64,000 nt of DNA from Basidiobolus meristosporus CBS 931.73 (taxonomy: Eukaryota > Fungi > Basidiobolomycota), in the NCBI GenBank assembly GCA_002104905.1, contig MCFE01000136.1, positions 93,825-157,824 on the forward strand. Reading direction: 5' to 3'. The notes under the pieces were generated by a model. It ran no database searches. It saw only the letters and a program-made list of their open reading frames with translations, and was not told the DNA's origin. A program made the position numbers and the translations under genes. Below, piece by piece: positions 36,646-51,590 of the stretch; position 1 is the stretch's first letter; every line of letters starts with the position of its first letter.

Positions 36646-39600
36646 CATCTGAACATTATCTACCATTGACATAGACATAAATGGGTTTCAACCAGACTTT
36701 TTATATGATCTCTGTATTGTATATATTTATCACCAGCCAGATATACTTTTAATAAACTGCTCGAGGTGAAAGCGTATCTCATGGCCCAACCAACTGCGCT
36801 ATTGATCTTTAGATATACTTCTTACTGGTTCCTTGGTCTACAAAATATTTTGAACGCCCTTCTAGTAGCAACCGTTCAGCATATCTCTAATCCCGCGCCG
36901 ACCATCCAGGATACATGATCCAAGGGCAAGTCACTGGCGTGATGATATCCAGTTTAACTAAAGTTAGGAAGTCCCATTATGCACTAATACTTATATTGTG
37001 TAAAGTTACTAGATGTGTCCCACCAGATATATTTGGTATCCCAAATTGATTCTCAGACTTGATCGGAGGAAGTGGTGCAGTCGTCATCACAAAAGCCTAT
37101 CAACGATAGAGGCATATTTGATATGAACGAATCATTGGTACAAATTCGCCCGTTGGCACTTCGATGACATCTTTGTACCACCGTAGATTTTACCCATGTC
37201 CAGCAATTACATCCCCGACTTCTTCTGGATTAAGGGATACATTCTACGCATATACACCCACACAAACCTATATATATCTCTCTCTGCATTATATAGAAGC
37301 TCCGTTGACATCCCCAGTTGAGGTAATGTATATATTGGGGTGTGTCTCGTATTATCATATGATTAAGGTAAAGCAGTAAAGTTATGATGTTGCTTTTGGC
37401 TAGACCCGTTGAATATGGCTACGGTTGGGTTAATGCTGATTTTATTGTGAATGGGACCATGAGTGTCCATACCTATTGACTCATTGAGAAATTTTAATCT
37501 ATCTGACATGACCAATCATGTAGAATAATGACCTCGTGTAAAAGGACTCTTTCTGTAGGAGTTTGGATACTCCATCTCCCCATCAATCCATAATGACAAA
37601 CGTGTGGTGTTTTGAAGATTTATAGCCTCTCCAGGTTTGGAACTAGGCTTCTCTAATCAATATCAACATATCAACCAGCTACCTGGTATCATAGCAAACA
37701 TCTGATGACACAGCTGGTACCTCGAGATGTGAATAGTTTATGCAGTTGTGCTAGCAAATTGACAGTTATATCAATTGCTGTTCATGGATATTGCCAATAA
37801 TTGCGGTTTAACCACACAAACCTCAGCTGGTTACATTTAACTAATTAGCAACTGATTTTCCGAATGCTGAGTTGGAGGATAAAGATCATCCCGGATCACG
37901 TACTTGCTATTTCCCTACCATTTCACTGTCACAGGCCAGATTGCACTAGATGGAGTTGACTCACAGTGCCTATGATTAACAACTGTTCATCAAATTATTT
38001 ACCCACACGTCCCACTTTACTTCATACTTACGCAGATATTTTGTAATATGCAGGCCCACCTCATCGTGGATAACCATCTATTTGAACTAGTCACTCACTG
38101 AACCGAGCGAACCAACTCAATGCTACATCCATCATCAACCGAGGCTGACACCGCCCGAATGGTGTCCTGTCCGACCCATCAATATCTGGACTGGAGCTCT
38201 TTGGTTTAGCATCACTTTTTGCTATTACGGGAGTACCTCTGACACCCTGAGGCCTCCAAGTAAGCCGATTGAATCTCGCAGCCACATGCGCATCTCCGTT
38301 CAGTTAAGGAGTGGTGTAGGGGATCCCGCTTTGTTGCCCTCGCTCAGGATGATTCACGCATGCTTGGTCCTGGTAACTTCAGTAGATACAGGTGGAAGAT
38401 TGGTGAGGTAAGGGTGGGTATGGTAGAATATCTGGTTGTTACCACCTCACCCCCAAGCCCATCACACAGCGCTCACTTGGGTCCCACTAGACCTGGTCCA
38501 ACCTCACCCTGTCACCGTTCGCCTCAACCACGGATTATGGAGAATCGATACTATTTTAGTAAGTTAGTCCGCCAATTTGCTTTTGCTTCACCCCAACCTC
38601 TGTAATTTAATGCGATGCTTTCAGAACATTCATTTACTTGCGACTCTATTACCTGATCGATGATCCAGGATCGATTAATCAGAATCCTCCTTGTGCGCGA
38701 ATCCATCTCCCAGAATGTGCTTAAAATACCGGAGTTTCTTCGTTCAAAACGCCAAAGATGATGACGATCTGCTTGCCATGAATGATCTCAGAAGGTCTAC
38801 ATGATGACTGGAATGGTCTCAGTCGTGCTCATGCTAAGATGGATAGTGGGCAATACGTGTATCCACGTCCAAGGTGCAATTAAGCCTAAAACGGAATAGT
38901 CGAAGAGTGATTCTGCTTTTTGCTCAGCAACAAGCCATCTTGTCAGCGAGAGCGGCATGATATGGTATCTCAATGTGTCCAATACTCCAGTCACCCAGCC
39001 CTTGGCAAAACACATATTTCATGCCTTCGATTTAACGCCACTTGGTGACGACTATGGCGAGGGTGAAGGTAGCTTCAGGTGTCTGACATCTACCATGCTG
39101 AAATCACATGATGAGCCTCATTTACTCCTGATCCAAGTATCCCATCAACAATTCCTTGCAAAAGATCGGCACCCCTTACTTTCGCTATTGAGCCATGGTT
39201 CAGGCCCATTTTATCTTGGAAAATCGGCATTAGGAGAAAGGCAGGAAATTAATCGGGCTTCTGGGGGAACGGGAAAGTCCTGGCAAGCATTGTTCGCCGT
39301 TTAATCGATCGTTCGATGTGAATATGATCCTCTGTGCCGGGACTCCAGGTTCACATTCGCAATTGACGAATGCTTGACATGATGCTAGTGAGTAACATAA
39401 TGTGGGGGTGGTTTCTATATTTATAATGGGCTTGACTAACAAACGGGTGCTAGAATGCAATGATGCCAGGAATCGAAATCATGACGAGATGTCAATTTTA
39501 CTTTTGAAAATGGTTGGCTGGCTTGGCTGCGATCATCGCCATCTTCATGGGAACGGATCGAGACTGAGCAGCCATACTAGGCTGGGATCACAATAGCAGG

Positions 39601-40931
39601 GTTTAGTACCCAGAATTTCTCAGACACGCTGGTAATTTCATGTTACATTCCAAGCCCGAGAATGGAGTAGTGGCTGTGTAGTGATCTACCAGGCCATGGA
39701 TACCAAGGAATCATTCGTTATTGTTGCTATTCTTAGCTTTTTGTGTCATTCTATTTGTGAGTTGGGTTGATGTTTGACCTGGGTTCAGGGCATTATGGCC
39801 GCCATAGTCTTATGAAGGCTCAGGGGTTGGGAGGAGCATCAACGGACGAGTAGCTGTGAATCATGCGCTATCTTCACAGAATTTCTTTTAGGCGTCCAGA
39901 GGAGTGTGTAGACTGTGAGGTCTAAGCCATGCTTGGGGTTGGCTGCACTTGCCATGGATACAGAGGAGCTGATCTCTCAAATAGACCTTAGGGCTACGAT
40001 CAAATCGGGTTTTAAACAGGATCTTGGATGCAGATCATCGTTAGATCAGAAGTATCCATCTCCTGAACATGGGCTTACATTGGTAATCTTACATAGTCCC
40101 ATGGTCATGAGCGTAACCAACGGCACTGAAGCCCACTCTACAATTGCCGCAAAGCACTAATAAATTGCATAATCCTTAAATAGATCCCACCCGGAATTGA
40201 GATGGTGCGGATTATTGGCCTTATTAGCTGAGTAAGGAACTAATGTCCTAGGCAGCATATATGGCCTCCTAAATGGTATCCTCACTCCTTCCATTTCTTT
40301 CTAGGGACACGTCGAATCATCAGCAATTCCATCTGCTAGATCATGAGTATGCTTCATTGTGGGGCTTGGCCCGACATTCGAACAATCTGAATGATTGAAC
40401 ATTGATCAATTATTGCATCCGTGATTGAGGGCTGTTACAATGGATCGATCAAACGTTATCAGTAACGAAATCCGAGCAACTAGATTATAGAGATATATTA
40501 AGAATGAAATAAATGAATTCTTCAGCGGGCCAATGGGAAATGTGGTGGTCCAGGTCGTTACGAATTCATGCAGCGAACAACCTATATGTTTCCTCATGAC
40601 ATAATATGCCCTCTGGTTGTCGATGAGTTGATCTCCCTATTTGATTTTTTTGGATCATTTTTATCGCAACTCAGTTATCATGCTAGCACACACATGATAC
40701 ACCTTCTATCTCTGAGTAAGACAGTCATGGCCATATTGATATTTAAGTGAGCTGTAGTCCATGCCACATATCACCATATTAGCCATCCCTCAGCTTCACC
40801 GTCCTTCTTTTCCTGGTAGAAGATTTCTTTCGATCTGCTGATATCAAACGTGATATTCTTTAGAGGCACCATCTCCCTTCCATTTCATATTCCTGTCTAC
40901 GACCTGTTCAGAAGAGAGAGATATCTGGAAG

Positions 40932-41751
40932 ATGAATACAAACAAGCTAAGACGTGTTATTTCCATGGAAACCATGAATACCACCCGAAAGAACAGATCC
41001 TTGCAAAAGGAGTTTAAACACGCATTTAGAAGCGTACGGATGAAATCGAAAGAGCCATTTGAACTTAGGACAGCTGAGATAACTCTGCTTACCACGCTGT
41101 CGCAAGAATCTGCTGCGGCCTTCGAGTCGAGGTCATGCAGGAGTCTTTTCGAGGAGTTACTGGATGATTATTATTTAGAAACCCTCGGGGAATCGAAGAA
41201 CGATTCCATTACCGACAACTATACACACAACGACCTGAAGGAAGACTTTGTACATTATTTAAGATCCTTACGTCCTGAACCTTCGGTGGCGTCTTCCGAC
41301 GATGGCATCAGTAATGAACATTTGCAACACCCCTGCGATGATCAGATTGTACTAACCCTTTTCTACCATTTCAGCTGAGTCCTCGTATGACGAGAGCGAC
41401 GAGCTACACGATGCAGTCTCTCGACCCAGGCCCCATCCAAACAAATCAATGGAGGGCAGCAGCGACAGTAGACTCTCGCCGGCATCTCTATCGGCACACC
41501 TCGAAGGCAGAGAAGCCTTGACGGACGAAGATGACTGGGACTCCTCGTCGGTCCCAACGATTGATGACGATGAATACTCCAACAAGTCCTCCAGATCTGG
41601 AAGCCTTTACTACCAGGAGATCTTTGTCGGAAAGGATCCTGGATTCAAAGGAAAAGGAAAGATGAATCACTTCCCTTACGGCAACGCGCCCAGCCTTTAC
41701 CATTCGAAATACATTCAACCGCAAAGGCCCGCCAGGCCTCGCATCGTATAA
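40932..41751 (+). CDS. Hypothetical acidic/Ser-rich protein, two exons
   Basis: Intron 41311-41374 (GTAATG...TACTAAC...TTCAG) joins ORF 40932 in frame with ORF 41449-41751. Confidence 0.6.
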
Positions 41752-44700
41752 AAGTGAGCACCAAGTTACATATGAATGGAGCGCTGGACCAGTCACTTTT
41801 TAGCATACCCTTCTATAAACTTTATCTCATTTACCATGTTCAAATGTCTTTCCTCGGCCAGGCTTGGTCGAGCTTTAAACTCATTAGATAATGAAAAGAC
41901 AGCTGATCTCAATGCATCTTATATCAGAGAGTCCTCTGTTATGTCCATAAAGAATACAAGCCCCACCGTACACTTGGCTTCGATGCCTGCAGAAGATCGA
42001 GACAAAGTATACACCAAGCATCTCAAGGGTATTCCCTAACCCCCTTCTGTGCAAGCCAAGCACCACTAAAAGCGTTATTGCTCCATCGACCTGTCTGAAA
42101 GTTCCTTTAAAAGCTCTTTCTACCCGCCTTACCAGTAAACGTGTATATTAAAGATTCTTAGTCATAATAAAGTATATTGGGCATAACCAAATTGACGATG
42201 TATCCTAGGGAACCTATCGCCCAACCTTTTTCTTGGATGCCTACAAAGTCGCTTTCACAATCGAGTCAGCACATCAGACCTTCATCCATTGCCATGGGTG
42301 GTCTCCAGTATGACGAGGAGCGTTAAAAATGCGCTTCCTCGTCATCTGCATGATAATCAAGACGCCTGATCAGAAGATGAGACCACACTGCATGCCAAGT
42401 GGGCCAGTCACCGTGATAAAGCGGAATTGAGGATTGCCCAATACGCAAGGACTAATAGATTGATCGGGAAATACGGGCAGATTCACGGAATGTTTGTCAA
42501 GGTTGTGGAAAAATCCTGCACTTCAGCAGAGATTGATTTCATTGCAGCTTGTAAAAGGTCGGGTTCCCAAAATGGAGATTGAAGAGCTGGGAAGCCGATG
42601 TCATGGTTCATCAAGAATGATATCAATATATATGGGTCTCAGCAAGCCCTGCTATTTGAAAGTCAGACATGCATTTATGATTAATTGAATGGGATTATAC
42701 GTTCCCGAATTAATATTGCATTCCAAGTAAGCTCTGGCGATAACCATTGAAGTAGTAGCACATTTGATGGATTCTAATAAAGCGAAAATCACTTGTGCAC
42801 GCTGGTATCCTTCGAGGTCTCTCTCTCTGAATTTCATGATATGGCCCCGTGCTATGTTGTCTAGGAGCACTCTGTAGATGATAAATGATGGAATTCTCTG
42901 CCTCGATGAAACCCTAAGTAGTTAACTACCAAGCAACAAGCCAAAGGCACTAGTCAATGATAGGGTGAGGTGTCAGGCATATGGTGGTCTGAGTGAGCCA
43001 AGGCTCTTCAATCTCCATTGTAGGGATAGGGGTAGGGGGAGGGCTAGAGTTGGCTGATGAGATCGAGAGTGGGCTGGTAGGGTAATCAACCAGCTATTCT
43101 ACCGCACCCACCCCCACCTCACCATTCTTTAACATGTGTCCACTCAAGTTACAAATCTCACCAGGACCAAGCATGCGTGAATCATCCTGATTGAGGGCAG
43201 CAAAGCGGGATCCCCTCCACCCCTCCTTAACTGAACGAAAATATGCATAATGACTGCACGATTCGATCAGCCATCCTGAAGGCCTCAAAGCGAGTTAGCG
43301 ATACAGCTAAAAGCAGTCCCAAGACAATGTGCCCCAGCCTAGACACTTATGAGTCAACCAAAGCAAGCCGACCACCCTGATGGATGTCGGACTCGGTTGT
43401 TGGTGGGTAAAACATTACGTTGGTTTGGCGAGTGGCTGGTTTAAAACGGCGATTTTCCACGACAAGGTGACCTCGGATATTACAAAATGTCTGCGTAGGT
43501 ATGAAGTAAAATGAAACGTGTGGGTAAAGTGTTTGATGGAAAACCGCCCTATGTGCAATAGACGACTAGGCTTTACCGGTTTGGTACGGAGTCGTCCAAA
43601 ATGGATGGAGCTTGGTGAACAGTATCTAAAGTGACAACCTCATTCAGTTACCAAATCAACACACTCTGGTTGGACTGACTCCAAAATGTGAACTGCTCTT
43701 GACACATAATCATCCTGAGAACCATGATAACAATATGATTGGCTTTACGTAGTAGCCATTCGAAAGCTATTTGCGCCAAGTAAGCAACGTTGATGCACTA
43801 TTTCCGCCTCGCTTTGGTGCTAGTGTCAACGTTTCAGCCTCATCTCCATGTGACCATATATTAGGTCATCAGGAATCCGATTCTACTCCGAGGTATCTAG
43901 ATCTTGGAAAACCTATTCTGGATCATACCATCATCACACCACTTGCATTCAAATACAGAGCATTGGTCCTTGTCAATACCAGCCAAACAGAAAGCAGCAG
44001 CCGTCAAGGTCGATTGTGATTCCAGAAAATGTTCCCACATAACGATACAGTAAACTTGCCAAGTAGAACGAAATATCTGTTCTAGATGACAGTGGTACGG
44101 TATTTGAATTTGTCCGCTAACAAATCAGTGAGTCTATTGACCCCATATGATAAATCTGTCAATTACCCCATCAGATTTAAAATGCCCGTACCTATAGTGT
44201 TTTCAGAAATCACCTGTGTGTTTGCCAAAAAGGTGATTCCGGCGCTATTGGGAAATCCTGTGATCAATCAATGTTGGCGGTACTACGCTAAAGCTTCTTT
44301 AGTGCTTGAGGGACAGGTGCAAGAGGTTCGGTGTCTATTTCGGGCAAGTCAAGGGCAGGACACCTTCATGCTATACGGTGACCAATTTACATCAGGGATG
44401 AGAGGTGTGTGGATGCTTAGAGTTAGTCCGAAAGAGAATTAGGGAAACAACAGAAGATTCTTGCATGCTTTGAGGCACTCGTGCACATGCAAGTCTACCG
44501 CTGAGCCACTTGGGGTTCCACCGCTTCAGTGACAAGCTGAACCCAATGTCATTGGGATCCTGACTGAGGTGGAGTCTCGGCCCTCCCTGTATACAGTTCT
44601 GTGAACTATCTGATTCTGTCGACCAGGAACTTGCTGTGGAAATCCTTATGAGTGGTTCGGATGGGATGGCCCTGAAGTGAGATGGGTATGTCAGGTTAAT

Positions 44701-45008
44701 TAAAAATTTCCTGATATAGAGTTGACGGATTTTTCGTGTAAAGTGATATTACATCCAAACCCACACACATGCTTGTTTCCTATTCTTTAACTGATCCTTC
44801 TTGGGATAGTAGAGCCTGGTGGTACAATATTCATGGGCTGTTTTTTTCACACTTGGTAAGATTGCTAGGTAGTACTCGTTTCATTTCATTTCCCTCAATC
44901 CTTTATCTTCTGGCCATTGCCCAATTCGAATCTTGTTCTTTACAGCTCTCTTTTCGAATCTTTGTCTTAAACGATGCTTTTTGGCTAACTACTCTACCTT
45001 CACATCGG

Positions 45009-46365
45009 ATGCCCTCGCTCATAATTCAAAGCATTACTCTGTTTGGGAGTTTATTAAGTGTGATCGGAAGCGGGTTAATGATTATATGTTGTATCTTATT
45101 GCCCATCACAGGAACCTTTCGTCACCAACTCATATGCTCTCTAGCTATCTCTGGTACGTTTGACCCTTCAACCTTCACCCCATCTACTACAATTGTACAT
45201 ATCTTATTCCACCCAGGAGGCGTCTTACTCACCCAAGACCCATTATTTGCTTCACTTTTTAGACTTTATATATTCTCTTAATAATACCATATCTGGCTTC
45301 GCTCTTGTCAAGAATGGTACCCTTCAAGATGGCCCACTATGCGTGGCTAATGGATATTTATACCATTACACCTCTTTAGTAACTATTTGATGTGTTCCAT
45401 AGTGAAAAATCCCTCTCTCTTACCTTGTTTTCAATTACGAAAAGGTGCGAGATCTTACGGTGCTGGGTATCGCCTTGGTGACCTATGGTGTTTTGAAAGG
45501 GCCGCTTGATTCTGCCGATTACGAGCCGTATTTGCCTCGACACCCAATTGCGGTTTTCTTTTTTATATGGGTTACGCCCAACATACCTACCTTAATAGGG
45601 CTAGAGGCTAGCGGATTTACACTGTGTTAGTAAATTTCCTTGACCTTCAATGTTCCAACCCCGACACTATTTCTCCCACTAACAACATGCAATTTAGCAA
45701 CTGGGAATTGGTGTGGTACGCCACCAAAACCCGCCTGGGTTAGAGGCGTCTTATTTTTGGGAATACCTCTCGTAGTGGCTATTTCGATTGTGATACTTTA
45801 TTCTTACTTGTACAGCAGCTTGCGGCTGTACTATCTCTCTACTCGACAGTCTGGCACGGGGTCCTTCGACACCCCAGATGGCCACACCGAGGATGTCCCA
45901 GGGTTAGAGTCTATCAATGATAGTCATGATGGCAGCGGTATTACTGGTGAACAGATTCGTAAAAGTTTTATACTGAGTGAATGTATCAGAAACAGTATTA
46001 GCGACCTGGATGTGGTAAACCTTAGTACCAAAGAACTCTCACCGCGATTGGAAGAAGATCTGAATGGCAGGCATCTCAAACAAGACGACGAGGATAGATA
46101 CAAGCTGGAATTCAGCAGCCAAGATAAAGATCATATTGCAATGGCTATGCGAAGAATGTACCTCTACCCGATGGTATATGTAGCAATCACGTTTCCGGGG
46201 CTTTTGAACCGGCTGCTGGAGACTGCAGGTGTGGATCTGGACATATTTGAAGTACTACAATCCATTACTCAGCTCACTGGACTGGCCAATGCAGTACTAT
46301 ATGGATTCACTGGAACGGTTAGAAGAGCTTTGTATGAGCAATATGTACGTACATTAGTCACTTAA
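45009..46365 (+). CDS. GPCR-like 7TM protein (Git3/Gpr1 or cAMP-receptor-like), multi-exon
   Basis: TM1 SLLSVIGSGLMII, FRHQLICSLAIS, extracellular LCVANG and TGNWC, a long third intracellular loop, RRMYLYPMVY and GLANAVLYGF. Confidence 0.75.
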
Positions 46366-47679
46366 CTCAAGCCACCGGCACAACATGTCAGCCAAAAAGC
46401 TGACGGTCCCCAACTGGATTGGCCTGCAAACTGGAAACCGCGTAGCCACACCGATGCGTCGAGATAACGTTCCTACTGCGGACTTCACGCCGTCTTACTT
46501 CAGTATTCGAGACCCAAACCGGATCTGAAATTCACACCATTTGAATCATCATTGCTAGTCATCTTTACAAGAATTACATGTACAGCCACCGCTACCCTCT
46601 CCGTCAACCGCCCAGCCGCTGGCTTCCAAAGATACTTCATCACCCTACCATTGAAGTCACCCACTAATTACGTTTCAGTTCGCTGCCGTTGAATCCGCCA
46701 TCCGAAGTCTCCCAGGCATCTGGCATAATATTTGTAAAGTTTATCTAAACCACACGGGTACGTGGTATTTTGAATCTGAAACATCCTCGTACCGGTACGC
46801 ATTCCGACCATGATCTCATGACATCACCCTTCACCTAAACCTTCCGAAGCACCCCCATATACTACATAAGCCCTAATAAAGGTGTGTTTGGTTTTACACG
46901 AACTGGATGGAGTCTAGAGAATTTTCGATGGAAGGGTGAAGCGTGGGCGCTTATGACGGATGGGTGGAATGAAATGTCTCACAGCTGGCACATAGCTAGT
47001 GCGTCGTGTAACGCAGAATACTCAGCACATTTACGTGGTGGAATCGTACGATCACGACATGTTTGGTTCAACTACATGATTTGCTGGTAACGTCGGAGCC
47101 AAATTAAGACCAAGGATTCGAGATTTCCCTGGCCCAGCCATACACCCACCAAATTTATTTTTAGCCATCACCAAGGCACCAACGAAGTCAGACTCCTGCT
47201 GTTCGGACTGGGTAGCCGTGCTTTGGCAGAGTGCGTTTGATTGGCTATTCCCTTTGGCACCTTGGTGTGATGGACGCTTCCGTGTTGAGCAACGCAGCGC
47301 GCTAATACGTGGGCAGCATGTGCTCACAAACCTGGCGTGATGATTCCCTATGACTCAATCAAGGCATATTTGATTGCGATTGTAGGATATACACCGATGC
47401 CTCGAACGATCTGGGAAGCATCGCCTCAAGCTACCAAGTCACTTCCAAGCGCAACAGCTCGTAACCCAAAATTTCTCGAACAAACATGAAGACAGCCCCT
47501 CTCCCCGGTATATAGCACAAAAGAAATACTGGTCGCAAACAATTTATAAAAAAGCATACATTTCTTGCAGGGAGGGAAGACAATGAGAATGGCGCGCGTG
47601 TGGGCTTCAATCCAACAAACGTATCCAAATCCCCTCGCAAGCACCGCTGGATATCTCGATCAAGTTGAACCGTCAAAAA

Positions 47680-49152
47680 TCAATATACATATTCTTCTGC
47701 TAGCTCGAAGTTATCAATGTCCATGAAGTGCTTTCGATGCTCAGCCATCACGCTGTCCAGGTCACCCTCAACCTATCAAACGGGTGTAAGTAACTGTGCT
47801 GAACTGTTGTGTCAGGTTACCAACTACCTTGGACTCTGCGCCCTTGTTGGTGCTACGACCGTTATCTCGCGAGCGTTCTTTACTTTCTTTACGGCCGCTG
47901 TAGCTTCTAAGCTTTCCTTTGCCCCGTCGCTTCTTAGGTGACTCTTCCTCCAACTCACCAGACTCTTGCTTCTATAGAGATGATAGCATGTTCTAGAAAC
48001 GCATCTTGTGTATTGTCAATTAAATACAGATGGTTTACCTCAACAGATATCTCCACCACAGGCTCGCTGTGACGTTTCTTGCTAGATTGCTCCGTGTCCA
48101 AATGGGCTACTATGGCAGTTGCCTCAACATCATTGCTGTCATCGATACTCCCATTCGCATGGCTGCTGTTTTGTTTTGATTCTGAATTTGTGACCTTCGC
48201 TGTTTTTGAGGTAGAATGTGGGGGAGCCGTGGAGTGCGTTTCACTAGAAATTGATTCCTGTTTCTGTTGAGCTCACTTTCCTTTGAAGATTGCAGCTTTG
48301 CTCGATACCTTGGTGGACTTTCCTGCTGAAGGAGGTATTTTCTTGAAGGTTTTTATACGTTTCTCGGCTTTGGCGAATCCAAATGGATCTAAAGAATCAT
48401 CCGCACAAACACTAGCCTCTATTTGCTCGCACCCAAGGTTATCTAGGAGATGAAATTCAGTTTTAGCCACATTTTCTCGTGATAAGATAACGGCGCCTGC
48501 GTCTTCTATTGTTTGATATAGATGCCGTTTTGGATGGTTCGTAGATGCGGAAATACATACTTTGTTCAATGGAATCTGGGAATTGTTCTGCTTCCTCAAA
48601 TTTCTCCGTGATCGATTCATGCTCAAAAGCTTGGGACAATTCCAGGTCTGCATCTGGAAAGGTGTGTCAAGTCGGGTAAGAAAATCTGCGCGCGAACTAT
48701 CCAGCAAGATCTTTTTACTCACTTGCAAAAGGAGAAATCGAACAATCACCCTCCTCCATTGGCAGCCTGTTTGTTATAGGAGTGGAAGTGATTATATCGT
48801 CGGCTGTGCTTCCAACCTCTGAGTAAATTTTCCCCTTGTCCTCTTGCTCGTCACTATAGTCTACGTGAGTTTCGGGTGTCGCATCTTTCGTAACTGACTT
48901 AGAAGGACGAGGTGGAGTAGCCTCTTCGATTACTTTTTTGCTTTTCTTCTCTCTACCTTTCCCCTTTGTCGCGCTTTTTTTATCATTAGCCTTCTCAAGA
49001 GGCTTCTCGGCAGTGGATTGAGTTGCTTCGCGTACTTTACTGCGAGTGATTCTTCCAGAACCAGAAATCTCGACAGGTTTTTCGTTTTCTTGGACGCTGG
49101 ACTCAACCTCAGCCAAATCTTTGCCGCGTCTTCTAAGTACTCTTCGCGACAT
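47680..49152 (-). CDS. Sororin-like cohesin regulator (disordered, basic N-terminus; C-terminal Sororin motif), multi-exon
   Basis: The spliced C-terminus reads EHRKHFMDIDNFELAEEYVY*. Internal motifs are DPFGF (48375-48389) and LRSYSGR (47891-47911). GT-AG introns keep the frame open. Confidence 0.65.
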
Positions 49153-50414
49153 GGTTTATTCACGTTTCAACTTGGAATACAACCTGACCGAAACCTTATA
49201 TCAACCTCAAATATCATCGAGATTTATTTTCCATCATATTAATAGCACTATTGACTAACAATTTAATCGTAGTAGATCCAATTTCGCATCCGTTCAGCAA
49301 ACTTCAAATTAGTAGGGAAATCCACCTACCGATACAAATTTTCACAGAAACTCCCATATATATATACATGGTTTTTTTCAAAAGTATCTCACCTTTTGCT
49401 CCAACTCAGCACGTCGCTCATGTATCCTTTTGAATACTGCTGAAAAACCTAGTGTCATGATGGTTTAAAAACAAACTTCTTCTGAAGTAAACATATTCAT
49501 CTTTCATGTAGAATATCATCCATAAACTGAACACTCGTCATTATGCTCCGCCATGTTTCCAGGATTCCTCTATCCTTAACTGTGTATATTTAGGATCTAG
49601 CCAGGCCCTAGCCTCTGGAGTACAGCCTCGCATGGGTTAGTCAAGAGCGTCACCCCTCACAATGTGCTACCCGAGTCCACGCTTGGTGGTAAGAACAATC
49701 CACGGTAATCCGGGGGCTGTAACCCTTTATTGCTCTGTAGTATGCAACGAGGGAGCACGGATCTATCTCAGAATAAACCTACTTGATAATTTATTACCCC
49801 TCAACTATGGACGTCAATGCTCTTGTCTAGTTCCTCTTGATTTTGACTGTATATGCTGGATATTATTTAGCAGCCCGTCCATATTGACCTCACAAATCTT
49901 GTCGATGGGATTGAATGTATCAACAATGGTCGAGATCCTAGTTTAGTTGTGCATGATGAGGTAAGGCACCAATTCTAAAGAGAATTTTGGGATCATTTTG
50001 GGAATCGGCTCAAAATTTTGATTTAAAATCTACTGATGAGCCTCTTGCTATCTACACTGCTTCTTCCTAGATGTTTGTTGGAATTTTTATTCCCTCTTGG
50101 TCTCATAGCGTCAACTTTCTCCCTATAGGTGTCACCTCTCTTTAGACACAAGCGCACGTTACTTTTGTTGATATCTAGTCCAGACTCTTCCAGTTTCTGA
50201 AAAATTTGGTCAAAAATTTATTCGTCTCCATTCCTGAGGCGAGAGGGGTTGTGGTCATACTGCCGTACATAAAGAGGTTGGAGCAACAGCAATACAACGT
50301 TCATTTTGGATCTGCCTACCACATAATTTCTATTACCACCCTTCCCTCCTTTTGATTATATTTCTTAATACTTTCAAATTCACCTTTTCCCATCAATTTT
50401 ACATAGCTTCAAGG

Positions 50415-51590
50415 ATGTCCCTGTTCGACCATATTGCATATCTCATCCAAGATTCCAACACCTTGGAAACGCCTTCTACTTCGCCCGAAATCCAGTCACA
50501 TGATTCCTCGAACAAACAACAAACATTTTGGAGTTACGAGGAAACCAAACTGTTTATACAGCTGAGGGAAGAGAAGAACAATTTGTTCAACTCGATGAAG
50601 CGCACAAAGCAGCTCTGGAGAGAGATAGTTTCTTCTTTGCAGGCCCACGGCTATGTAAAAACAATAGAGCAGTGCCAGCAGAAATGGAAGAACTTGCAAA
50701 GAGCTTTTCGGGTAGGTTTGTTAGCAGAGGTCCAAGAAGCCCTCTGGCGTAGAAATTAACCCGCTTTCTGCGTCTCGGTTGACAGGAAACTGAGGAGTAC
50801 AATGCAAAGCCTGGAGTGACAGATAAGCGAAAGTGTCTGTTTTATGACGAGTTGGCCCCTCTACTGGCTGACAGTCAATATGCTAGAGCGAAGTCTTGCG
50901 AGCCATCATCCAAAAGGTACCATCCCTACCCACCAGCATAGCCCTGTCACGATATTCATCCATCTCTACCTCCAAAGTAATCAGAATGCTGCACAAAGTA
51001 GTAGTCAACCTAACAGCCAGTCCAACAGTCAGACCGGAACCCCACAAGCCACTGTTTCTAGTATTTCCATTGTCACCGAGGGAGTAGTCTCCGCTTCGGA
51101 AGATGGCGAGGTTGCACATGTAAATACCAAACCCAAGCGGCAGGCAGAATCTCAGTTGACTCCACTTGCAACGAAAGCTCCGCATTTGTTACCCGAGTTA
51201 GAATCAATCCATGATAATGAAGATGAGCCCATGGAATCTTTTGATTCAATCCTGAAGGACGGTGAGGCTGATTTCACTACCGAGCCCTTGTCAATCACTG
51301 ATACCGACTCGGCGCCAGCGCAAAATCTTCCGCGAAGTGGGAGCGCTAGTGGGACTCCCTCCCGAGTGCCATCCATAACCTCGAAGGCGGATATAGACAA
51401 GTATCTGAACTTTTTTCGGGAACAATCGGCACGGATGTCAGCTGAATCTGAGAAAGCTCGTGAGATATATAGATTCACCATGGAGACCATGGAGAAGATG
51501 TTGCGAGACTTCACGGAGAAGTCTAACCAGCGAGTCGATCGACATGCTGAGATGTTCGAAAGATTTCTAGACAAACTAGGGAAAAACTAA
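50415..51590 (+). CDS. Trihelix / Myb-SANT-like DNA-binding protein with C-terminal coiled coil, one intron
   Basis: WSYEETKLFIQLR...LWREIVSSLQAHGYVKTIEQCQQKWKNL, then KCLFYDEL after the intron. Helical C-terminus. Confidence 0.85.

Noticed and set aside
42310-42345. Isolated 13-bp stem hairpin (ATGACGAGGAGCG...CGCTTCCTCGTCAT)
   Set aside because: No CTRR Helitron end or other supporting context; may be chance.
31300-44450. Short ORFs in the long intergenic stretches (e.g. 31331-31615, 33520-33789, 38797-39015, 44086-44442)
   Set aside because: No recognisable domains or consistent splice chains. Some may be decayed genes, but I cannot support them.
50415-51590. Myb/SANT gene as part of a PIF/Harbinger transposon
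   Set aside because: No adjacent DDE transposase, TIRs or TAA/TTA TSD seen; treated as a host gene.
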